A stretch of 64,000 nt of DNA. Origin: an uncultured Gemmatimonadales bacterium. Lineage in GTDB: Bacteria > Gemmatimonadota > Gemmatimonadetes > Gemmatimonadales > GWC2-71-9. The notes beneath the pieces were generated by a model, which was not told the DNA's origin, did no database searches, and saw only the letters and a program-made list of their open reading frames with translations. This document shows, one piece after another, positions 1 to 7,639 of this stretch (its first letter is position 1; each line of letters opens with the position of its first letter). The DNA lies in assembly GCA_963730185.1 (NCBI GenBank), contig CAVSQW010000007.1, positions 352,001-416,000 on the forward strand, given 5' to 3'. Both the position numbers and the translations under genes were made by a program.

Positions 1-1
1 G

Positions 2-61
2 AAGGTGGCGGGAAAGGTCCAGGACGTCGTCGGCAAGATCGAGAAAGTCGTTGGAGACTGA
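2..61 (+). CDS. 3' end of probable CsbD-family stress protein (partial, runs in from left edge)
   Basis: Frame 2 reads KVAGKVQDVVGKIEKVVGD-stop, resembling CsbD C-termini; only 19 residues visible. Confidence 0.5.
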   Translation, partial: KVAGKVQDVVGKIEKVVGD

Positions 62-143
62 TCACGGACTGATGCCCTGGAACCGCATCAGGGCGACCCA
101 GGCGCAGATCGCGACCTATCAGTCAGCCAACTTCGGAGCTTCG

Positions 144-563
144 TCAAATGCCCCTCGTTTCGGGCTTTCCGGCGTCCTTTGTTAGCGCAGCCTCCGTCGC
201 CGGCGCCGACGCGGCCGTGAGGCCCGTCGGCTCGTCGGCCTCGCCGTCCTTCCGGTCGAGGCAGAGACCGAGGGCATCCAGACGCCGCTCGAGGTAGCCC
301 GCGAATTCGCCGATCCAGCCCTGGACCTCCTCGAGCGGGCCTGGCTCCAGCCGGTACCGCCGCTGGCGCCCCTGTCGCCGCACCGAGACCAGCTTCGCCG
401 CCTCCAGCGCCCGCAAGTGCTGTGAGATCGCCGGGAAGGTCATCCGGAACGGCTCGGCCAAGTCGCCCGCGGAGCACTCGCCACCTCGGAGCGTCGCCAA
501 GATCGCGCGGCGAGCCGGATGCGCGATCGCGTGAAAGACGTCATTCCGCTGGGCCGGTCGCAT
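144..563 (-). CDS. ArsR/SmtB-family transcriptional regulator
   Basis: DVFHAIAHPARRAIL...AISQHLRALEAAKLVSVRRQGRQRRYRL winged-helix signature; ATG at 563 preceded by GGAAG. Confidence 0.9.
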   Translation of the reverse strand: MRPAQRNDVFHAIAHPARRAILATLRGGECSAGDLAEPFRMTFPAISQHLRALEAAKLVSVRRQGRQRRYRLEPGPLEEVQGWIGEFAGYLERRLDALGLCLDRKDGEADEPTGLTAASAPATEAALTKDAGKPETRGI

Positions 564-590
564 GCTCGCTTCCTTCCAGGTTTTCGGCAC

Positions 591-1139
591 CTAGACGGCA
601 TAGGTCAGCACTACGTTGCCGCACGGGAACGCGCGGTGGTCGACGAGGCGCAGTCCGGCCTTGGCCGTGAACACCGTGCGCCCCCCGCCCAGGGCGACGG
701 GGATGACGACGAACTGGTATTCGTTCACCAGTCCCGCGGCGCCAAGCTGGCTCGCAAGGTCGCCGCTGCCAAGGATGGCGATCCCGGGGCCGTCGGCGGC
801 CTTGAGCCGGCGCACGGCCTCGACCAGGTCGCCCTCGAGGAGATGGGTGTTGCGCCAGGTGGGCCGAATGGTGCGAGACGCCACGTACTTGGTGGCGGCG
901 TTCATGCCGGCCGCCACCGCGGGCATCTGCTGGGCGGCCAGCGGCGTCGGCCAATACGCCTCCATCATCTGGTAGGTCTTCCGGCCGAAGAGTAGGTCGC
1001 CACCGGCGCTCGCGTTGGCGCCGACCCAGTCGGCGAACTCGGGGTCGTCCCGCCCGGCATGCGCCCAGCCCATGCCGCCCTCCGCGTCCGCGAAATACCC
1101 GTCGACCGAGATCGACTCGAAGACCCGCAGCGCTCGCAT
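591..1139 (-). CDS. Dihydrofolate reductase-like (RibD C-terminal domain) protein
   Basis: SVDGY, LLFGRKTY, ILGSGDL, VIPVALGGG motifs; GGAGG RBS. Confidence 0.9.
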   Translation of the reverse strand: MRALRVFESISVDGYFADAEGGMGWAHAGRDDPEFADWVGANASAGGDLLFGRKTYQMMEAYWPTPLAAQQMPAVAAGMNAATKYVASRTIRPTWRNTHLLEGDLVEAVRRLKAADGPGIAILGSGDLASQLGAAGLVNEYQFVVIPVALGGGRTVFTAKAGLRLVDHRAFPCGNVVLTYAV

Positions 1140-1167
1140 CCCAACCTCCAGGTAGAGGCCTGATATT

Positions 1168-1219
1168 GTTTAGTCATATCTTAAATGAAAGCCTGCCGTC
1201 TTAAATGACAAGCCTGCCC
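1168..1219. promoter_or_regulatory. Putative ArsR operator and tandem about 20-bp duplication upstream of the DHFR-like/ArsR operon
   Basis: AT-rich pseudo-palindrome TTTAGTCATATCTTAAA; tandem TCTTAAATGA(C)AAGCCTGCC copies at 1179-1198 and 1199-1219. Confidence 0.45.
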
Positions 1220-1389
1220 GGCCGATGCGGTCGCTCGACGCCGCGATCGCGGTTGAGCCGGGGTCATCCCTTGTTCATGGCGACCGAGGTAGATTATCCA
1301 CTTCATCATGACAATCCGGTTGGCGGACCGCGACGGCCGCCAAGCTCCATAGATCCGTTACCGACACCCAACCGACAGAGGAGGGAGCC

Positions 1390-2058
1390 GTGTTCGAGTT
1401 GAATCGTCCCGCGCACCGGCGCGGGTTCCTGGGCAGCATCGCTGCCAGCGCCGCGGCCGTGGGGCTGGGTCAGTTCCTCCCCCGGGATGTCGCGGCCGAG
1501 ACCGTCCCGTTCACCGGCGCCGATCCATCGTACCTGGCCTGGCTCGATCGGATCACCGGCAAGCACAAGATGGTGTTCGACGCGCCTGAGCCCAACGGCG
1601 GGATGCCGGTCGTCTGGCCTCGGGTGTGGCTCGATACGACCAACGGGACGTATGGCACCACCGACGACCAAAACAGCGCGGTGGTGATCCTCCGCCATGG
1701 CGCGGTGGGCTTCACCCTGTCCGACGCGATCTGGGCCAAGTACAAGCTGGGCGAGGTGTTCAACATCAAGGACGGATCGATGGCGGCGACCCGGAACACT
1801 TGGATCAAGCCGCTGCCGCTGCCGCTGCCGGGCACCGGACTCGAGGCCCTGCTCGCCAAGGGCGTTCTGATCGGCGCCTGCAACATCGCCTTGTCGGTGT
1901 ATTCGGGCGCGGTCGCGCAGAAGATGAACATGGACGCCGCGGCCGTGAAGGACGAGTGGGTCAAGAACCTGATTCCGGGCGTTCAGGTGGTCCCGTCCGG
2001 TGTGCTGGCCGTGAGCGGGACGCAGGAGAAGGGCTGCTCCTACTGTTTCTCTGGATAG
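1390..2058 (+). CDS. Tat-exported DsrE-like hypothetical protein
   Basis: HRRGFLG twin-arginine signal; VVILRHG, IGACN, VVPSGVLAV...QEKGCSY pattern of DsrE-fold proteins; strong RBS (GAGGAGGGAG). Confidence 0.75.
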   Translation: MFELNRPAHRRGFLGSIAASAAAVGLGQFLPRDVAAETVPFTGADPSYLAWLDRITGKHKMVFDAPEPNGGMPVVWPRVWLDTTNGTYGTTDDQNSAVVILRHGAVGFTLSDAIWAKYKLGEVFNIKDGSMAATRNTWIKPLPLPLPGTGLEALLAKGVLIGACNIALSVYSGAVAQKMNMDAAAVKDEWVKNLIPGVQVVPSGVLAVSGTQEKGCSYCFSG

Positions 2059-2061
2059 GTG

Positions 2062-2236
2062 TGGTAGGGAGTAGTGATTCGTGAGTTGTGCCTGGGGAGT
2101 GAGTGGGGAGTAGGCGATCGGGGTGGCGGCGCCTGCTCTCGCCCACTTCCCGCCCACTCCCTACTCACTCCCGACTCGCGCCCTACTCCCCACTCACCAA
2201 TCACTCCCTAGTCACGACTCCCAACTCCCTAGTCCC
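2062..2236. repeat. Degenerate about 7-nt purine-rich repeats and their inverted pyrimidine-rich copies between convergent genes
   Basis: GGGAGTAGTGA/GGGGAGTGAGTGGGGAGTAGG followed by CCTACTCCCCACTCAC/TCACTCCCTAG units. Confidence 0.7.
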
Positions 2237-3439
2237 TCTTCGCAAGTAGGCCAGTCCGACCGTCATTGCCATCAGCCCGGCCGACGCGCCGAGGCCCAGG
2301 GCCCACCGGGGGCCGAAGCGATCGGCCACCCAGCCCACCAGCGGCGCCCCGATGGGCGCCCCGCCCATGGCCACCGCCAGCACGATCGCGATGACCCGGC
2401 CCCGCATGGCCGGCTCGGTCCAGAGCTGGGCCGAGCTGTTCGCGGTGGTGGTGAAGGTCTGCACCGAGATGCCCACCAGGACGAGGGCGAGGCTGAAGAG
2501 CGCGTAGGTCGGCATGACCGCGGCCAGTCCCAGTCCGATACCGAAGCTCAGCGCCGCCGCGACGAGCAGGCCCATGCCGGGGCGTTCCCGTCGCGCGGCC
2601 AGGAGGGCGCCGGCCACGGAGCCCACCGCCATGAACGACATCAGCACGCCATAGCGGGCCGCGCCGACGTGGAAGACGGTGACCGACATGGTGGTGATGA
2701 AGATCGGGAAGTTGAAGCCCAGGGTCCCGATCAGGAACAGCATCACCAGCACGGTCTTGAGGTCGGACCGCCGCCACACGTAGCGAAAGCCCTCGAGGAA
2801 ACTGCCTCGGGTTCGGACGGCTCGCTCCCGGACCTGGAGCTGGTCGAGGCGAAGCAGGCCGAGCGCGGCGATCACCGCCCCGAACGAGGCGGCATTGATG
2901 AGGAACACCCAGCCCGAGCCCACCACCGCGATCAGGAGCCCGGCGACGGCCGGTCCAATCAGGCGCCCCGCGTTGAACGACGCCGAGTTGAGGGCCACGG
3001 CGTTGGCGAGGTCGCGGTCGTCGACCAGCTCGGAGACGAAGCTCTGGCGGGCCGGGGCGTCGAAGGCCGACACGCAGCCGAGCAGGACGGCAAAGAGGTC
3101 GACATGCCAGAGCCGCGCGACTCCGGTGAGGATGAGCAGGCCGAGTCCCAGGGCAAGCGCGCCCATGGCGGCCTGGGTGGCGAAGACGAGCTTGCGACGG
3201 TCCAGGTGGTCGGCCGCGTAGCCGGTGAGGGGGAGAAGGAAGACGCGCGGGCCGAACTGGAGCGCCATCACCACGCCCACCGCGGTGGCATTGTGGTGGG
3301 TGAGCTCGGTGAGCACGACCCAGTCCTGGGCCGTGCGCTGCATCCAGGTGCCGACGTTGGAGATGACCGCGCCGCCGGCCCAGAGACGATAGTTGAAGCT
3401 CCGGAGGGATCGGAACGTTCCGGTCGCCCTGGGGCTCAT
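2201..3439 (-). CDS. MFS transporter (MFS_3/DUF894 type)
   Basis: About 12 hydrophobic segments; SNVGTWMQ, ADHLDRRKL, FDAPARQSF, MRGRV motifs. Confidence 0.92.
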   Translation of the reverse strand: MSPRATGTFRSLRSFNYRLWAGGAVISNVGTWMQRTAQDWVVLTELTHHNATAVGVVMALQFGPRVFLLPLTGYAADHLDRRKLVFATQAAMGALALGLGLLILTGVARLWHVDLFAVLLGCVSAFDAPARQSFVSELVDDRDLANAVALNSASFNAGRLIGPAVAGLLIAVVGSGWVFLINAASFGAVIAALGLLRLDQLQVRERAVRTRGSFLEGFRYVWRRSDLKTVLVMLFLIGTLGFNFPIFITTMSVTVFHVGAARYGVLMSFMAVGSVAGALLAARRERPGMGLLVAAALSFGIGLGLAAVMPTYALFSLALVLVGISVQTFTTTANSSAQLWTEPAMRGRVIAIVLAVAMGGAPIGAPLVGWVADRFGPRWALGLGASAGLMAMTVGLAYLRRGTRELGVVTRE

Positions 3440-3530
3440 CGGGCGTCGGAATCGAGCATCGTGAGGGTCATGGTGCCACGAATACTATCCGCAGGCTAGC
3501 TTTGATTCATCTCCATCCGAGTGCTCCGTA

Positions 3531-5471
3531 ATGCCTTCATTGCTTCGTTCGATCGTCTTCGGCTCGGCCGCCACGCTGCTGGCCCTGCCCCTGACGGCGC
3601 AACGGCCGTCGCTTCCCAGCGAGACGCCGGCCACCTTCGCACCCGTCACCACCAGCTTCGACTACGAGCGTCGCGAGGTGATGATCCCGATGAGGGACGG
3701 GGTCAAGCTCCACACCGTGATCCTGGTGCCCAAAGGCGCCCGCCACGCCCCGATCCTCCTCACCCGCACACCCTACGACGCCAGCGCCACCACCACCTAC
3801 GCGGCCAGCTCGCACCTGGCGGCCAACCTGAACGGCTACGACAACGCGCTCGACGTGATCCTCCCGGGCGGCTACATCCGGGTGGTCCAGGACATTCGGG
3901 GCAAGTACGGCTCCGAGGGTGACTACGTGATGAATCGGCCCCTGGTCGGCCCGCTCAACCCGACCTCGGTGGACGAGTCGACCGACTGCTACGACTCGGT
4001 CGACTGGCTGGTGAAGAACGTGCCGGAGACCAACGGCAAGGTCGGGATCCTGGGGATCTCGTACGACGGGTTCGAGCCGTTGATGGCGCTCGTGAACCCG
4101 CATCCGGCGCTCAAGGTGTCGGTTCCGATGAATCCGATGGTCGACGGCTGGATGGGCGACGACTGGTTCCACCACGGCGCCTTCCGGCAGCAGAACCTGC
4201 CCTACATCTACGAGCAGGTGGCGTCTCGGACCAACGCCTTCAAGTGGTGGACCGACCATCACGACGACTACGACCTCTATCTGGAGGGCTCCGCCGGCGA
4301 CCTCGCCGCGTCGCACGGGATGGACCAGCTCGGGTTCTGGCAGAAGATCCTGGCCCATCCGAGCTACGACTCCTTCTGGAGCCAGCAGGCGTTGGACAAG
4401 ATCCTTGGGGCCCGGCCGCTCAGCATTCCGGTGATGCTGGTGCACTCGCTCTGGGACCAGGAGGACATCTACGGGGCGATCGCCGTCTACCAGGCGCTCG
4501 AGCCCAAGGACACCAACAACGACAAGGTCTTCCTGGTGATGGGCCCCTGGCATCACGGCCAGGAGATCGAGGACGGGAGCTCGCTCGGCGCGATCGACTT
4601 CGACGCCAACACCTCGCTTCAGTTCCAGCGCGCGATCCTCCTGCCGTTCCTGGATCATTATCTCAAGGATGGCGCGCCGTCCGACGACGTGGCCCCGGTC
4701 AACGCCTTCCTGACCGGCGCCAACCGCTGGGAGCGGCTCGACAGCTGGCCCTCGGGTTGTTCGAGCGGATGCACCGTCCGTCCGGCGCCCTTCTACCTCC
4801 AGGCCGGCTTCCACGCCGGGTTCACCGCGCCCGTGGCCGGCGGCGCGCCGTTCGACGAGTACGTCTCCGACCCCGCCAAACCCGTTCCGTACCGAGCCCG
4901 GCCGAGTCAGCCGGTGGGCTACGTTTCGCCGCTTACCTGGCCCCAGTGGCTGGTCGACGATCAGCGCGAGGCGTCGGGCCGGCCGGATGTCCTGGCCTAC
5001 GAGTCCGACGTCCTGACCGAGCCGGTGCAGATCAGCGGCCAGCCGGTCGTGCACCTGATCGCCTCGACCAGCGGAACCGATGCCGACTGGGTGGTGAAGG
5101 TGATCGACGTCTACCCCGACGAGACGGTGCCCGACCCGGCGATGGGCGGCTATCAGCTGGCCGTGTCGATGGACATCTTCCGGGGCCGCTACCGGGAGAG
5201 CTACGAGACGGCCAGGCCGATCGCGGCGGGCGAGCCGCTCCGGTACCGGTTCGAGCTGCCGACGGCCAACCACGTCTTCCTGCCGGGACACCGAATCATG
5301 GTGCAGGTGCAGTCGAGCTGGTTCCCGCTCTACGACCGGAACCCGCAAACGTTCGTACCCAACATCTTCCTGGCCAAACCCGGCGACTACCGGACGGCGA
5401 CGCAGCGGGTGTACCATACCCCGGGAGAGGCCAGCTTCGTCGAGCTGCCGGTCGTGCACCGCGGAGGGTGA
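3531..5471 (+). CDS. CocE/NonD-family serine hydrolase (alpha-amino acid ester hydrolase-like), secreted
   Basis: Signal peptide; MRDGVKL, RTPY, GISYDG nucleophile motif, WDQED, GPWHH, PepX-type C-terminal domain. Confidence 0.93.
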   Translation: MPSLLRSIVFGSAATLLALPLTAQRPSLPSETPATFAPVTTSFDYERREVMIPMRDGVKLHTVILVPKGARHAPILLTRTPYDASATTTYAASSHLAANLNGYDNALDVILPGGYIRVVQDIRGKYGSEGDYVMNRPLVGPLNPTSVDESTDCYDSVDWLVKNVPETNGKVGILGISYDGFEPLMALVNPHPALKVSVPMNPMVDGWMGDDWFHHGAFRQQNLPYIYEQVASRTNAFKWWTDHHDDYDLYLEGSAGDLAASHGMDQLGFWQKILAHPSYDSFWSQQALDKILGARPLSIPVMLVHSLWDQEDIYGAIAVYQALEPKDTNNDKVFLVMGPWHHGQEIEDGSSLGAIDFDANTSLQFQRAILLPFLDHYLKDGAPSDDVAPVNAFLTGANRWERLDSWPSGCSSGCTVRPAPFYLQAGFHAGFTAPVAGGAPFDEYVSDPAKPVPYRARPSQPVGYVSPLTWPQWLVDDQREASGRPDVLAYESDVLTEPVQISGQPVVHLIASTSGTDADWVVKVIDVYPDETVPDPAMGGYQLAVSMDIFRGRYRESYETARPIAAGEPLRYRFELPTANHVFLPGHRIMVQVQSSWFPLYDRNPQTFVPNIFLAKPGDYRTATQRVYHTPGEASFVELPVVHRGG

Positions 5472-5476
5472 GTCGG

Positions 5477-5668
5477 ATGGGAGGACGCTGGGCTGGGCTG
5501 CTGCTCCTCTGCCTGGTGGTCGTCGTGGGCCTGTTCTGGCGCCATCGCCGGCAGCTCAGGCTGCTCGGGGTGGCCGGCGTGATCATGGTACTGGCCGGGT
5601 GTGGGCGCGCCGCCCCTGCCCGCGAGGTTCGCGGACAAGGGCGGTCGCGTTGGATCACGGCGTGGTGA
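5477..5668 (+). CDS. Small membrane protein or truncated lipoprotein (uncertain)
   Basis: 63-aa ORF 5 nt after the hydrolase stop; two hydrophobic segments ending in LAGC lipobox. Confidence 0.35.
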   Translation: MGGRWAGLLLLCLVVVVGLFWRHRRQLRLLGVAGVIMVLAGCGRAAPAREVRGQGRSRWITAW

Positions 5669-6233
5669 GCGAGGTGGAGAGCACCGGGGCCGGCGTGGTG
5701 ACGATCGCCGAGCGGGACTCGACCAGGGCGCCGTGCTGGTCGAAGAGCTGGATCTGGATCTCGAACCGGGCTTCGAGCTCGACGGGCTCCCAGTCGATGG
5801 TGGTGCCGGAGGTGAAGCTGTAGCCAACCCCCCGGGGCGAGCCGAGGTCGGTGGGCAGGTAGACGGCGGCCGGCCCGGGCGGGTCGAGCGGCGTGCCGGA
5901 CAGGACGGCGGTCAGGGTGACCGTCGGGTCGCAGGGCTTGAAGCTGACCGAGGTCCAGATCGCGCCCCACGTCTTGTTGCCGGGGTAGTATCCGGGGACG
6001 GCCTCGAACTTCTGGACGTTGGAGCAGGTGGTCGAGCCGCCGCCACCGCCGCCTCCGCCGCCACCACCCCCGCCGCTTCCGGAGCCGCCCGAAAGGGACG
6101 GTACCGTCAACTGCTCGGGGCCGGTCGGCTCGGCTCCGGCGCAAGCGGTGACGAAGGTGACGGCGAGGGCCGCGGCGGCGAGCCGGCGGGCGCGCCCCCG
6201 CGGCAGACGGCTCGGCGGGGTGGAACGGCTCAT
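5655..6233 (-). CDS. Hypothetical lipoprotein with poly-glycine linker
   Basis: Basic N-region, hydrophobic stretch, VTAC lipobox, GGSGS(G)13S linker, beta-rich C-terminal domain with two Cys. Confidence 0.75.
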   Translation of the reverse strand: MSRSTPPSRLPRGRARRLAAAALAVTFVTACAGAEPTGPEQLTVPSLSGGSGSGGGGGGGGGGGGGSTTCSNVQKFEAVPGYYPGNKTWGAIWTSVSFKPCDPTVTLTAVLSGTPLDPPGPAAVYLPTDLGSPRGVGYSFTSGTTIDWEPVELEARFEIQIQLFDQHGALVESRSAIVTTPAPVLSTSLTTP

Positions 6234-6312
6234 GGAAGTGCTCCGGCATGGTAGGGCAGACCCATCCACGTCGCCCGGGCGGACGACGCTCGTGATCTCG
6301 CAGGCCGGGTTT

Positions 6313-6432
6313 GGCAGGTTTCGTTCCCCGGGGCGCCGGCGCCCCGTAAGCACGCCAATCCGTTGGAGACACACGGGTTGGACCGGCCGGCGCCGCGAGG
6401 CCTGGCCTGGCGGGCTGCATCGAAACGGTGCG
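6313..6432 (-). promoter_or_regulatory. Putative sigma54 promoter with upstream activator site
   Basis: Minus strand GG-AACGAAACCT-GC (GG-N10-GC) at 6327-6314; TGCATC-N5-GGTGCG at 6416-6432 resembles NtrC-type TGCACC-N5-GGTGCA. Confidence 0.5.
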
Positions 6433-6584
6433 GGCTGTCCCGGTTCGGACCGGCCCATCGAGCGGCCGAGCGCCGGGGGCGGCTCGCGGTCTCCGTGGCA
6501 GCCCCGGGGGAAGGTTACGGGGGAACGCTTGCGAGGACCGGGCGGCGGGCCCAACATAGGAAGGGCTCTCTCACGGCGCCGTCC

Positions 6585-7592
6585 ATGCTCTCGTTCTGTT
6601 TCTTTTGCGACCTCCCGCTCGGGACCAACCCGGAAATTGAGGAGATGCCCGTCGGGCGCCGGCTGGCATTCGACGAGCGCCGGGGCCGTCTCTGGGTCGT
6701 GTGCGTCGGCTGCGGTCGCTGGAATCTGGTCCCCGCGGAGGATCGCTGGGAGGCGATCGAGGCGTGCGAACGCCGCTTTCGCCAGAGCCGGGTTCGGTTC
6801 TGCACCGACGAAATCGGCCTGGCTCGGCTGGCGAGTGGGGTGGATCTGGTCAGAATCGGGAAACCGTTGTTGCCGGAATTCGCGGCCTGGCGTTGGGGCA
6901 ACTCGATCCTCCGGCGGCGCCGGAGCCTGATCGCCCGGCTCAGCCCCAAACTCGGCGCGCCCGCCGTGTTGATCGGGGCGCCGCTCCTGACCATGACGCT
7001 CGGTCCGGCCGGCGCGATGGTTTATGCCGGTCTAGTGGGAGTGGCGTCGGTCCAGCTCCGGCGGCGGCCGGCGCTCACCATTCCGTTGAGCAGCGGTGAG
7101 GAGCTGGTCTTGAGCCAGGCGCAGGTGTCGAGCGCGGAGCTGATCCGGGCGGAAGACGAAGAGGAGCAGTGGGCGATGTGGATCGGGTGTGCCGGCCGGG
7201 AGGTACCGCGGTCCGTGCCGATCGAGGAGACGGTGGCGGGGCCGAAGGCGCTTCTCACCGGCTCCAACGGCCGGGTGGCGGCGTCACGGATCCTGCCTCA
7301 CCTGAGTCCCGAGGGCGGCGATCACACCACGGTGCGGGAGGCGGTCCACTGGCTCGAGGCGGTGGGCGGACCGGAGCGGGCGCTGCATACCTTCGCCCGG
7401 TCGCGCTGGGTCCGGCCGGCGCTCGACGCCATCGAGCGGACCCTGGTGACCGTGCATCCGGAGGCTCGCCTGGGGTTGGAGATGGCGCTGCATGAAGCGG
7501 AAGAGCGGCGGGCGCTCGAGGGCGAGCTGACGGTATTGCGGTGGGCCTGGCACCGGGAAGAGGCGCTGGCGGAGATCGTGGACGGGATCTGA
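6585..7592 (+). CDS. Hypothetical protein with N-terminal zinc ribbon and central membrane hairpin
   Basis: CFFC...CVGC pair, RWNL and EFAAWRWG motifs, two hydrophobic segments, C-terminal LEMALHE...EGEL...WHREEALAEI. Confidence 0.8.
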   Translation: MLSFCFFCDLPLGTNPEIEEMPVGRRLAFDERRGRLWVVCVGCGRWNLVPAEDRWEAIEACERRFRQSRVRFCTDEIGLARLASGVDLVRIGKPLLPEFAAWRWGNSILRRRRSLIARLSPKLGAPAVLIGAPLLTMTLGPAGAMVYAGLVGVASVQLRRRPALTIPLSSGEELVLSQAQVSSAELIRAEDEEEQWAMWIGCAGREVPRSVPIEETVAGPKALLTGSNGRVAASRILPHLSPEGGDHTTVREAVHWLEAVGGPERALHTFARSRWVRPALDAIERTLVTVHPEARLGLEMALHEAEERRALEGELTVLRWAWHREEALAEIVDGI

Positions 7593-7639
7593 AGGGGGGC
7601 GGGTGGCCGCCGCCGATGCCGTCTCTCCCCGTCCCCCCC

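Noticed and set aside
6030..6092. CCG/CCA trinucleotide repeat as a non-coding microsatellite
   Set aside because: It is the coding poly-Gly linker of the lipoprotein, with mixed synonymous codons
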